In this document: positions 23,672 to 32,000 of the stretch, piece by piece
How the letters are laid out: the number at the start of each line of letters is the position of its first letter
Position numbering within the stretch: the stretch's first letter is position 1
Source of the DNA: Nitrosopumilus sp.
Lineage (GTDB): Archaea; Thermoproteota; Nitrososphaeria; Nitrososphaerales; Nitrosopumilaceae
DNA length: 32,000 nt
Assembly (NCBI RefSeq): GCF_025699125.1
Contig: NZ_JAILWC010000001.1
Location: 382,204-414,203, forward strand
Direction of reading: 5' to 3'
Program-made: the position numbers and the translations under genes
Notes under the pieces: generated by a model
Seen by the model: only the letters and a program-made list of their open reading frames with translations
The model's database searches: none
Told to the model about the DNA's origin: nothing

Positions 23672-23812
23672 TCAATAACCTTCTTCGTTTGAATCTGATT
23701 CTGCATCAATTTTCTCAAATGTCATGTCCTTTTTTTGGCAGGACTCACACTTCTCCATGATGCCAAATTCATTCCTGTATTGACCTTTCCCATCACATCT
23801 GAAACAGACCAA
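23672..23812 (-). CDS. Possible 46-aa zinc-binding mini-protein (CxxCxGxG...CxxC)
   Basis: My own translation from a TTG start is (M)VCFRCDGKGQYRNEFGIMEKCESCQKKDMTFEKIDAESDSNEEGY*. It lies 34 nt upstream of the TPR gene on the same strand. It is absent from the ORF track and has only a non-ATG start. Confidence 0.35.
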   Translation of the reverse strand: MVCFRCDGKGQYRNEFGIMEKCESCQKKDMTFEKIDAESDSNEEGY

Positions 23813-23916
23813 CCTATTCTGCTGGGTTTAGATGCGAATTAAGGTTTGCTGATATTGTGTGATTGATTCAATTTCTATGCTGATTGGATCTAAATTAAGA
23901 GAAATAAAAAAAGACT

Positions 23917-24648
23917 CTACAGATGAGAACTTTTCATGTTAAGAAACACTTTCTGCTTGAGTTCTTTGAGTTGGTCGTGGATAGTTTTCACTGCATCTGA
24001 ATCTCCGTTATTGTATGCATCTCTAAGTTGTTGCATCAAATCTAGAAATTGTGCCCTTGCAGCATCAACATCTGCATCTCCAGTTGGTTCTGAGAATTTC
24101 TGTTGGAATTTCTCAAATTTCTTTGCAGTTTTTTCACCTTTCATTTCTTTCATTTTTGAATGATCAAATGTTTTGGTGACTGTGGTGAAGTTTGTACTGT
24201 CACCTGCATCTACAACAAAGATGTTTTTGGTCATTGTTTCAGACTCATCTTTGTTCATGCTGGTAATGGTCCATACAAGATATTTGTTGCCTTCACCATC
24301 TTTTGCAATTCCAATGCTTGCCTTCATTGCATCCGTAACACCATTACTTTCAGCAATGGATACTGCTTGACCTAGAGAAACTGTTACTTGATTTTTTAGC
24401 TCAGAGTGAGTCTCTTTTGTCATTTCTGCAGGAATTGCAATTGATCCTGTAAATCCTTCAACTTGGATAGCCTTATTTCCATGATGTCCTTTTTTGTGGT
24501 CTTTTTCCCCACTCCATTTTGCATAATCTTCCCCTTCTGCCATTACGCTTGGTAATGCTACAGCGAACATCAGGGCAAAGACTGCTACAAACGCAGGAAT
24601 CATGTACTTTGTTTTACTATTCATGGATGATTTCATATAATTTTGCAT
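23917..24648 (-). CDS. Secreted protein with a PepSY-like central region
   Basis: Signal-peptide-like N-terminus (KYMIPAFVAVFALMFAVALPSVMA/EGE). The central SLGQAVSIAESNG...KYLVWTI...IFVVDAGD resembles a PepSY fold. The start is ambiguous (TTG 24666, or ATG 24648, 24636 or 24624). Confidence 0.6.
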   Translation of the reverse strand: MQNYMKSSMNSKTKYMIPAFVAVFALMFAVALPSVMAEGEDYAKWSGEKDHKKGHHGNKAIQVEGFTGSIAIPAEMTKETHSELKNQVTVSLGQAVSIAESNGVTDAMKASIGIAKDGEGNKYLVWTITSMNKDESETMTKNIFVVDAGDSTNFTTVTKTFDHSKMKEMKGEKTAKKFEKFQQKFSEPTGDADVDAARAQFLDLMQQLRDAYNNGDSDAVKTIHDQLKELKQKVFLNMKSSHL

Positions 24649-24713
24649 AAAAGGCGTTGTTATCAAGTGATACGTAACAATGTTACCTGATCTTTATCTG
24701 ACTTGCTTCGTCG

Positions 24714-24914
24714 TTGATTTTGTTGGTACAGATTTGCAAGGGTATTTGTGAGTACAAAAAGGCATTTTCAATGCCAAATAATTTACGTTATAACTCAGGA
24801 CAGAAGAGATGTGGTTTATGTGATTGTTATTTCTATACCGAAGACATTTCTTGTCCATGTTGTACTACCAGACTTAGGACAAAACCACGAAATAAAAAAT
24901 TACGGAATAAATGA
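24714..24914 (+). CDS. Small Cys-rich zinc-ribbon protein with a basic tail
   Basis: CKGIC...CGLCDC...CPCCTTRLRTKPRNKKLRNK. The start is TTG 24714 (66 aa) or ATG 24771 (47 aa, single CxxC...CxCC ribbon). Confidence 0.5.
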   Translation: MILLVQICKGICEYKKAFSMPNNLRYNSGQKRCGLCDCYFYTEDISCPCCTTRLRTKPRNKKLRNK

Positions 24915-25000
24915 TGATGTGTTATGGAATCCATTTTTAGAGGCGACTTTATCTGGCACGTGAATACAGAGATCGAATTTACATTAGGAAGGATATTCTC

Positions 25001-25246
25001 TTGAAACTTTACGAGTATGGTGAAATGAATCAAAGTAGATTGATGAGTATATGTGGATTAAACAATGTAAAACACAAGGAAATTTTGGATAGCATGGTAA
25101 ACAAACAGATGATTGAAAGAAAAGAAGAGCCGTGGGGGAACAAAACCATCTACAAATACAAAATTTCTGAAAAAGGAAAGACGCTACTTGAAGAAGTTTT
25201 GCAGAGATATGAGGACCTGTTCCCAAGAGATAACGGAGATGAATAA
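25001..25246 (+). CDS. Winged-helix DNA-binding protein (HTH_45-like)
   Basis: ILLKLYEYGEMNQSRLMSICGLNNVKHKEILDSMVNKQMIE...YKISEKGKTLLE is the typical small archaeal wHTH pattern. TTG start. The frame is open upstream to 24941 (…RDRIYIRKDIL), so the true start may be an upstream non-ATG codon. Confidence 0.7.
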   Translation: MKLYEYGEMNQSRLMSICGLNNVKHKEILDSMVNKQMIERKEEPWGNKTIYKYKISEKGKTLLEEVLQRYEDLFPRDNGDE

Positions 25247-25248
25247 AA

Positions 25249-25713
25249 ATGTCTAAAGATAATTCCAATAAAGACCGTGAAAATATTTTTGAAATATTGG
25301 ATGGAATAATGTTTCAGCTTAGCAGAACAAAAAAGATGTTTTTGATTATGATAATTACTACATTAATAATTCCACCACTCTCCCTAATCGCAATTACCAG
25401 TGTATATGATTCTCCATATCAAGACAAATTCAGAGAAGATTTTGACACCCGTCTGCAATCAAAACTTGATAATGATGAAATAACCGAAGACGAATACAAT
25501 TTGATGAAGGAGAAATTCTCCAAGAAAACAAAACTAAATCCATTGCTTCGCCCCCATCAGCTTGTAATATTCGTAATCTCCGTTGTTTGGTTGGGAATAG
25601 GAATAAGACAATGGTTTGTTATCTCAAAATGGGACAAGCGATACCAACAATTCAAGGAAAACCAAAAAGAGATTGATAAGAAATTCGAAGATGACTCTGA
25701 TGATGAAAAATAA
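25249..25713 (+). CDS. Membrane protein (hypothetical), two TM helices with a charged linker
   Basis: 154-aa ORF starting 2 nt after the wHTH stop. TM segments are MFLIMIITTLIIPPLSLIAI and LVIFVISVVWLGIGI. Confidence 0.65.
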   Translation: MSKDNSNKDRENIFEILDGIMFQLSRTKKMFLIMIITTLIIPPLSLIAITSVYDSPYQDKFREDFDTRLQSKLDNDEITEDEYNLMKEKFSKKTKLNPLLRPHQLVIFVISVVWLGIGIRQWFVISKWDKRYQQFKENQKEIDKKFEDDSDDEK

Positions 25714-25731
25714 ATTGGTTGTAAATTTAAA

Positions 25732-26121
25732 ATGAATAAACTCAATATTTTATTTTTTGCAGCGGCCGTCACTACTGCCATTGCAGGAATAATTCATGTT
25801 GTTTTGGGGATTCCTTCAAACAATCTCAATAGTCAGATATTGTTTGTTGTGGGAGGCGCTACGCAGATTTTTTGGGCTGTCCCAATGATTAGAAAGTGGG
25901 GGGCTGTCTGGTATGGTGTAGGTCTTGGTGGAACTTTGATGTTTATTGCAATATGGGTGATTACTAGAATTCCTGATAACTTCATTACTGGACGTGAGGG
26001 AAGAATCAGTGATAACGGAATTCTAGTTGAAGCATTTCAGATTGCTTTTGTTGGTATTGTAATTGTGATTCTTGTACTGGACAGAAAATCATTTTCTAAA
26101 AAAGAAGGAAATGCGAGTTAA
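25732..26121 (+). CDS. Integral membrane protein (hypothetical), about 4 TM helices
   Basis: 129-aa strongly hydrophobic ORF, immediately upstream of the ABC ATPase. Confidence 0.7.
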   Translation: MNKLNILFFAAAVTTAIAGIIHVVLGIPSNNLNSQILFVVGGATQIFWAVPMIRKWGAVWYGVGLGGTLMFIAIWVITRIPDNFITGREGRISDNGILVEAFQIAFVGIVIVILVLDRKSFSKKEGNAS

Positions 26122-26124
26122 AAT

Positions 26125-26841
26125 ATGAGTTCTATGTCCCAGACCGCTAAACAAGTGCATGGCATACTTGATGTGCAAAATGTTTCCAAAGTTTACCAAA
26201 CTGCTGCAGGAAAAGTTGTAGCTCTAAAAAATGTCAGTTTCTCCATTCCGAAAAACCAGTTTGTATCAATTGTCGGTCCTTCAGGTAGCGGGAAATCCAC
26301 TTTGCTGAATATGATTGGGGCTTTGGATAAACCATCTAGGGGTACTGTATTGATGGATGGGATTGATATCTTCAAGCTACCTGATAACAAACTGGCAAAG
26401 ATTCGAAATACCAAAATCGGATTTGTATTTCAATCATTTAATTTGATTAACAGATCGACTGTTCAAAAAAATATTGAAATGCCTGGAATTATTTCTGGAA
26501 TGGACAATGCAACTAGAACTAAACGTGCCCAAAGCATTCTAAAAAAACTCGGTATTTTAAAAAAAGCAAACCATAAACCAAATAATCTCAGTGGCGGAGA
26601 ACAACAAAGAGTTGCAATAGGTAGAGCCTTGATAAATAATCCTGCAATTATTCTTGCAGATGAGCCAACTGGAAATTTGGATACTGCTACTGGTGAAGAT
26701 ATTTTCCAGCTTTTAACAGAGCTGACAAAAAAATATTCCAGAACGGTTGTAATGATTACACACAATGTAGATTTGGCAAAAAGGACAGATCGATCAATAT
26801 ACATGAAAGATGGAGAAATTGAAAAAGATGTCTGCAACTAA
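26125..26841 (+). CDS. ABC transporter ATP-binding protein (MacB/LolD/FtsE-like subfamily)
   Basis: Walker [10 protein letters not shown], signature [15 protein letters not shown], Walker B ILADEPT, H-loop ITHN. Confidence 0.95.
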   Translation: MSSMSQTAKQVHGILDVQNVSKVYQTAAGKVVALKNVSFSIPKNQFVSIVGPSGSGKSTLLNMIGALDKPSRGTVLMDGIDIFKLPDNKLAKIRNTKIGFVFQSFNLINRSTVQKNIEMPGIISGMDNATRTKRAQSILKKLGILKKANHKPNNLSGGEQQRVAIGRALINNPAIILADEPTGNLDTATGEDIFQLLTELTKKYSRTVVMITHNVDLAKRTDRSIYMKDGEIEKDVCN

Positions 26842-28702
26842 ATCAAAAAATATGGTTCTCAAGATGTTGTCTCTTTCCCTGTTTGCAATACTGGTGATTT
26901 CTGTTTTGCCAAACTTTGCAAATGCTCAAACTTTTAGAAGCGATTGTTCTTCATCTACTACTACACGGGTTGATGCAGATTACAACGGACCTGTTTTCCT
27001 TGATGCGTATTGGACTGACAGAAGTAGTTCTAGTACGGATTCACTTAATCCCAATGAATTAGAAGTAGGACCTGGAGAGGGACCATCAACTCTTGCTGCT
27101 GTCTTTGTAAATCGCTCACCACTTGAACTGTATGCTGTTACAGGATATTTGCGTCTGCCAGACGGATTCAAGCCAGGTGGAACTAGTGCAGATCCTCAGG
27201 CAAAATCCTACTTTGCATCCACTTTTAGCAAAAGTATTGGAGACGTATCCCAAGCGAGTTATTTTGCTAAACTAGTTGAAGGAGAAGTGTTTACTCTGTA
27301 CTTTGATGTGGATATTACAGATGATGCCGAAGTTGGCTCGTATCTTAGTTCTGCAATCCTGGATTATTCCACTCCAGATCATGTGAGAAGCTGTAAATCT
27401 GCCTTGCTAAATGTGCCATTTATTTTACCTGGAAAAGTTGTTTTGGATCTAGGTACTGATAATAAGCCACTGACCCCAAAGGTGCCAAATCCTATTGACT
27501 TTATAATTTCCAACACGGGAAGTTCTCCTGCAACTGGTGCAATTTTGACAATATTGAGTATTGGAGACGATAGCAGTCGCTCATCAAGGGACAGTTCAAG
27601 CTCTACTGTTACTTTACAATCATCTGAAACGGAATTGGTCAATCTTGGAGCTAATACGTTCAACATCGGAACTATTCCTGCAAATGGCTCTACGAGAATC
27701 TCAACAACAATATTTCCAGAAGCCACATCAGGCTCATCAGTTCAGAACATAAGTCTCCAAATAACATATGGCAATGCCTATGGATACAAGCAGACTGAAT
27801 TGTTAACTACCGGACTTGTCGTTTCGCCAAAACCCTCAGAATCGCCAATCATCGTATCAGTTGATACACAACATGATGAACCAGTAGTGACTGCAGGAAT
27901 TGTTGAAAACATTATGTTCCAAGTTACCAACAATGGTGACGATGAGATTACGGATCTGCTACTTACTCTATCTGGGGAAACTACAGAAATGAAAATTATG
28001 GGAAAGTCAAAGTGGATGATAAGTTCTCTTCCTGTGGGTGAAACTTTTGAGTTTACCACTGATGTCTTTGCGTCAACTAACCTGATCAATACTCCTAGTT
28101 CCTTTAACATGAATCTGGATTACATCTCTGATGGAGAGTCTAGCTTGGATGCTGCAAATGTAGGAGTGTTTGTTTCTGGGAGCATAGAATTGACACTATA
28201 TGATGTACAGGTTAGCAGTATTGGTGGCAAGTTGCATCTTGTTGGAAACGTGCTCAATCAGGGAAGCACTACTGGCAAATTTGCCAACATAGAACTGCTG
28301 TCCCTTGCGGATATCCCAGATGTTTCAGATATTTCTCCACAGTATATGGGAGATTTAACAGATGATTCATCAATTCCATTTAGTATTCCATTGCCAGTAT
28401 CTTCGCTTTCACAAGGCAAACACCCTTTCTCAGTTAAGGTGACTTATGCTGATGATCTTAGAAATTTTCATGAAATTGTTTTTGATGACATAGTTAATGT
28501 TTCTCAAATCAAACAGCAATCATCAAATGAACGCGGTGAAAGTTCCGCACTGATCTCTACTGAAGTTTTATTGGGAATTGCAGCAGCAGTAATTGTCGTT
28601 ATAGTAATAGTAATTAAAATCAGAAAAAAGAAAAGCGAAATAGATTCCAGTGCTGATGATCTGGATTTCCTCTTGGATAACTCAAAGAGCTCAAAGAATT
28701 GA
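26828..28702 (+). CDS. Large secreted, C-terminally membrane-anchored surface protein with about 4 CARDB/DUF11-like beta-sandwich modules
   Basis: Signal peptide ([26 protein letters not shown]). The recurring x-V-x-N-x-G-x(3-6)-hydrophobic pattern ([33 protein letters not shown]) is typical of CARDB/COG1361 domains. There is a C-terminal TM helix ([16 protein letters not shown]) with a KIRKKK stop-transfer. The start is ATG 26810, 26828 or 26852. Confidence 0.8.
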   Translation: MSATKSKNMVLKMLSLSLFAILVISVLPNFANAQTFRSDCSSSTTTRVDADYNGPVFLDAYWTDRSSSSTDSLNPNELEVGPGEGPSTLAAVFVNRSPLELYAVTGYLRLPDGFKPGGTSADPQAKSYFASTFSKSIGDVSQASYFAKLVEGEVFTLYFDVDITDDAEVGSYLSSAILDYSTPDHVRSCKSALLNVPFILPGKVVLDLGTDNKPLTPKVPNPIDFIISNTGSSPATGAILTILSIGDDSSRSSRDSSSSTVTLQSSETELVNLGANTFNIGTIPANGSTRISTTIFPEATSGSSVQNISLQITYGNAYGYKQTELLTTGLVVSPKPSESPIIVSVDTQHDEPVVTAGIVENIMFQVTNNGDDEITDLLLTLSGETTEMKIMGKSKWMISSLPVGETFEFTTDVFASTNLINTPSSFNMNLDYISDGESSLDAANVGVFVSGSIELTLYDVQVSSIGGKLHLVGNVLNQGSTTGKFANIELLSLADIPDVSDISPQYMGDLTDDSSIPFSIPLPVSSLSQGKHPFSVKVTYADDLRNFHEIVFDDIVNVSQIKQQSSNERGESSALISTEVLLGIAAAVIVVIVIVIKIRKKKSEIDSSADDLDFLLDNSKSSKN

Positions 28703-29931
28703 ATCCTAAAGAAATTCTGTTACTGTCTTTTTCTGCATTAAACGAACGTAAGATCCGAACATTATTGACCGTATTGATGGTTGTTGTAGGAAGCAGTTTG
28801 ATGATTGTTCTTAATGGACTCAGTGCCGGACAAACTCAATTTATTGAGGATCAACTAAATCAACTTGCAGACAATGTATTAACAGTGACACCTGGGCAAC
28901 GCTCTTTTCGAAGTGTGGATACAACTCCATCAATTGTATTTAATTCTGCAGTTGTAAATAAAATAAATTCCCTGTCTTCTGTAGTTGATGTGATCCCGAG
29001 ATATTCTGGTACAGTTGATCTTAATTCACAAGCAAGAGTATTGCGTACCTCTGTCCTGGCAATGAATCCTGATGATGTTTATGTTAGCGTACCTGGTCTT
29101 GAAATGGAAGCGGGTTCTGTGATAAAGCGAAATGACCCTTCAGCAATACTTGTTGGACAAAGTGTAGCGTATCCTGATGGGGCATCATTTCCAATAGTTA
29201 CATTGGGTCAATCGCTGAAACTCACTTTTAGATATGTTGATACGGAAGGCGAGCAGCAAGAAGACTCTAGAACATTTGTGGTGTCTGGAATTTTAAAAGA
29301 ATCAGGTGATCGTACTTTGGATCGTTCTGTAATAATTAACGAAAATGTTGGAAATACATTTTTAAAAAAATCAGGCAAATTTGATAGCCTCTTAGTTTCT
29401 TTACAATCATCTGAATTAATTTCACAAACCGAAGAGGATCTGAAAGAACTCTTTGGTACGTCTATAGGAATCTCTAGCCTTCAATCCCGATTGCAATTTA
29501 GACAACAGTTTACTGAAGGTAATAACGCATTTATTCAAAGCATCGGTGTAATTGCTTTGGTTGTTGGTGCTGTAGGTATCATCACTACATTGTACACATC
29601 AGTTACTGAAAGAATTAAAGAGATTGGTACGATGAAAGCTATAGGTGCTCAGAATAAATCCATACTTTTGCTTTTTCTAATGGAGGCATTACTTATTGGT
29701 CTATTAGGTGGAACAGCTGGAATCTTGGTAGGTATGATGTCTGGACATGCTCTAAGTTCTATTCTATCTCCTCCTGGTTTTGGAAATACTTCAAACATTG
29801 TACCTATTTTTCATTTTGTAGATACACTATACGTATGGTTGTTATCCGTAATACTTAGCATATCTGCAGGAATACTTCCTGCATGGAAAGCTTCCACGTT
29901 ATCGCCCCTTGTTGCATTACGTAGAGAGTAA
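28699..29931 (+). CDS. ABC transporter permease, FtsX/MacB type
   Basis: 410 aa with an N-terminal TM helix, a ~250-aa extracytoplasmic domain, and a C-terminal FtsX-like three-helix bundle (ERIKEIGTMKAIGA motif). The TTG start overlaps the upstream stop (TTGA). Confidence 0.9.
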   Translation: MNPKEILLLSFSALNERKIRTLLTVLMVVVGSSLMIVLNGLSAGQTQFIEDQLNQLADNVLTVTPGQRSFRSVDTTPSIVFNSAVVNKINSLSSVVDVIPRYSGTVDLNSQARVLRTSVLAMNPDDVYVSVPGLEMEAGSVIKRNDPSAILVGQSVAYPDGASFPIVTLGQSLKLTFRYVDTEGEQQEDSRTFVVSGILKESGDRTLDRSVIINENVGNTFLKKSGKFDSLLVSLQSSELISQTEEDLKELFGTSIGISSLQSRLQFRQQFTEGNNAFIQSIGVIALVVGAVGIITTLYTSVTERIKEIGTMKAIGAQNKSILLLFLMEALLIGLLGGTAGILVGMMSGHALSSILSPPGFGNTSNIVPIFHFVDTLYVWLLSVILSISAGILPAWKASTLSPLVALRRE

Positions 29932-30032
29932 ATTGAAATCATTTCATTCATTGAATAGTGATGAGAAAAAGTATTGACGCCAATGTGTCATGTCGTAGCA
30001 ATTTTTTAAAAGAAGCAATATAGACTTCAAGT

Positions 30033-30404
30033 GTGTCTGATTTTCAATTAAAATATCTTGCAGACAAGGTGCATGTACACAGATGGCCCAAAGATTCCCC
30101 TGATTGGGATGAATCAACCATTGTACAACTAGATAAAACAATTAACAAAAATCTTGAAAAAAAACAGATTGTGGTAGGCGAAAGTATAATTCAAATTCAA
30201 ACCATCAAATTTTATTCAATTAAAAAAGTCGGAGTAACTGTACCTCTCTTCAAGGATGAATGCACCATGATATTTGAAGCAAAATTTGGAGAATTATTTG
30301 CACACGTTCATGTTACTATCAAAAATGAAAACTATTTGGATATTTTTAACCAATTAATTTCTTGGCGAAAAAAATACTTTCCCTCTAATGAAGATAATCA
30401 ATAG
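30033..30404 (+). CDS. Hypothetical protein
   Basis: 123-aa ORF with a GTG start. Its 3' end overlaps the convergent aminotransferase gene by 20 nt. No motif recognised. Confidence 0.4.
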   Translation: MSDFQLKYLADKVHVHRWPKDSPDWDESTIVQLDKTINKNLEKKQIVVGESIIQIQTIKFYSIKKVGVTVPLFKDECTMIFEAKFGELFAHVHVTIKNENYLDIFNQLISWRKKYFPSNEDNQ

Positions 30405-31695
30405 TTGCTACGACCATCTTTTTGATGTCTTGCTTTGTGTGGGTGTATGATATGGCGCCTAATTTTCCTGGCAAAAAGAATATTCCATCATGTGCTATCA
30501 TCTTGAAATGGTAATCATGAAGTGCTCTAGTATCGCATTTTGCTGCTTGAGTGGCATTAGTAATTTCCACAGTTCCATTATTCACAAAATGGGTCATAAA
30601 CAAAGAACCTTTTCCAGTTACTACTCCTTTACCATCAAATGCTTTGGTTAGTTCTTTTCTGGCATAATCTCCTATAGAATTAATTGTTGAATAGATGGAC
30701 TTGTTATTTTTCAAAATAGAAAGTGTTGCAAATCCTGCAGTCATCGATGTGGGGTTTGCAGAAAATGTTCCACCCCCTACATAACTTCGCTCTGATTTTT
30801 TCTTTCCCGTGGTATCTGCATATTCCATGATTTCTTTTTTGCCACACATCACCCCGATTGCCATTCCGCCACCTGTGATTTTTCCCAGAGTTACAATGTC
30901 TGGATCTAGTTTCATTGTTGGATAGATGCATCCATATCTAAATCTAAATCCTGTAACTATCTCATCTAAAATAAATAATGAATTGTTTTTCTTACAAAAT
31001 TCTTGTATTCCTTTCAAGTAATCTGATTCAGCTGGAATGCATCCGCCACCGCCTAACACTGGTTCTATAATTACGCCAGCTAAATCATTAGAATGTTTTT
31101 TCAAAATGAAAAGTGATGCTTCCAAGTCATTATAAGGAATTGAAACAATCTTTTCCTCATTAACAACACCTGAACTTTCTGATTCAGCAAATGGCCAATT
31201 CACTGATTTTAGCAAATCTGAAGTATAACCATGCCATCCGCCATCAATCTTTGCAATTATTTTTTTTCCAGTAACAGAGCGCGCAAGTCTTACTGCATAC
31301 ATTGTAGCTTCAGTTCCTGATGTGACATAACGAATTTTCTCAGCTACTGGAACAGCTTTTGAAATTAATTCTGACAGTAAAACGGTCTGCATATTGACCG
31401 TTCCATACATCCAGCTTTTCTCAATCTGTTTTTTCAGAGCGTCTTTGACATTTTTTTGACCATGTCCTAAAATGAGACTCCAGTGACCCATCCAGTAATC
31501 CGTATATTTGTTGGAATCCACATCGACAAGGTTTTTTCCTGCGGATGATTTTACAATAAATGGATATGGTTCATAAAATCTTATGTTGTGACTTACACCA
31601 TTTACATGAAGTTTAGCAGACTTTGCAAATAATTTTGCAGACTGTGGTGTTTTCTTTTTGTACTCTCTTGTATAATCCAAAACCAAATTCATCAA
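30385..31695 (-). CDS. Class III PLP-dependent aminotransferase, glutamate-1-semialdehyde 2,1-aminomutase-like
   Basis: 436 aa with the blocks [38 protein letters not shown] and [17 protein letters not shown] (PLP-lysine GK). The N-terminus diverges from canonical HemL, so no gene symbol is assigned. Confidence 0.85.
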   Translation of the reverse strand: MMNLVLDYTREYKKKTPQSAKLFAKSAKLHVNGVSHNIRFYEPYPFIVKSSAGKNLVDVDSNKYTDYWMGHWSLILGHGQKNVKDALKKQIEKSWMYGTVNMQTVLLSELISKAVPVAEKIRYVTSGTEATMYAVRLARSVTGKKIIAKIDGGWHGYTSDLLKSVNWPFAESESSGVVNEEKIVSIPYNDLEASLFILKKHSNDLAGVIIEPVLGGGGCIPAESDYLKGIQEFCKKNNSLFILDEIVTGFRFRYGCIYPTMKLDPDIVTLGKITGGGMAIGVMCGKKEIMEYADTTGKKKSERSYVGGGTFSANPTSMTAGFATLSILKNNKSIYSTINSIGDYARKELTKAFDGKGVVTGKGSLFMTHFVNNGTVEITNATQAAKCDTRALHDYHFKMIAHDGIFFLPGKLGAISYTHTKQDIKKMVVATIDYLH

Positions 31696-32000
31696 TTATT
31701 ACTGTCATTTTAACCCTCAAAAATAACGTAAAACAGCTCAATTTTATGTGTGATTCATGCTGAAAAAATTTGTAAAAATAAAACATGTAATTTTTTCAAT
31801 TTTTAGCCCCGATCAGGCACAATTTCACGTATAGTTTATATGGATTCCGTATACTTCACCTTCTGCATACGTAACGCAATAGGCGGCGCTTGTGATGAAG
31901 TTTGGCAATATGCCATTTTGTGATTCATGGGCCTCCAGTTACGCATACAAGAATGAGGATTTGATTGAAAGATCAATATCTGAGATGTGAAGATTATGTG

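Noticed and set aside
1-32000. Search for CRISPR arrays, rRNA/tRNA genes, transposases, integrases, or recognisable defence systems (restriction-modification, toxin-antitoxin pairs, CBASS/Argonaute-like)
   Set aside because: No regularly spaced direct repeats were seen. No GC-rich structured RNA-like islands stood out in this AT-rich sequence. No ORF carried DDE/tyrosine-recombinase, nuclease-helicase or methyltransferase motifs that I could recognise. The lone RHH ORF has no adjacent toxin-like partner.
31696-32000. Short ORFs at the right edge (for example 31842 MDSVYFTFCIRNAIGGACDEVWQYAIL*, and a frame open to the window end, ...KDQYLRCEDYV)
   Set aside because: They are too short or truncated to evaluate. 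Any gene starting near 31960 continues outside the window.

Overview
AT-rich (about one-third GC by eye), gene-dense archaeal chromosomal segment. The gene content fits a marine ammonia-oxidising thaumarchaeon (Nitrosopumilus-like): bifunctional FBP aldolase/phosphatase, an aEF-1alpha/uS10/RpoP cluster, ATP-dependent DNA ligase, tRNA-splicing endonuclease, 3-hydroxybutyryl-CoA dehydrogenase, agmatinase, many tiny C2H2 or zinc-ribbon proteins, and TATA-like boxes about 27 bp upstream of start codons. That taxonomic call is inference from gene content, not a database hit. I recognised no rRNA, tRNA, CRISPR array, transposase or integrase. Most of the window is ordinary core genome. Items worth a second look: (1) a translationally coupled 589-aa double-domain SDR plus hotdog-fold protein, a candidate CoA-ester reductase module; (2) a minus-strand cluster of an unannotated 40-aa RHH ORF, a triplicated zinc-ribbon protein and a double C2H2 finger protein, plus a third unannotated C2H2 ORF at 19186, several sharing an MG(L/F)F N-terminus; (3) a winged-helix gene split exactly at an A_AAA_AAA slippery heptamer (-1 frameshift, pseudogene or homopolymer error); (4) a roughly 1.06-kb stretch (16246-17304) with no convincing gene, continuing into the weak or frameshifted ORFs up to 17985, carrying clustered AAATGGAGA motifs and palindromes; (5) a J-domain/ferredoxin fusion; (6) a regulator/membrane/ABC-ATPase/CARDB-like surface protein/FtsX-permease operon. 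All functional calls come from motif recognition by eye; no searches were run.
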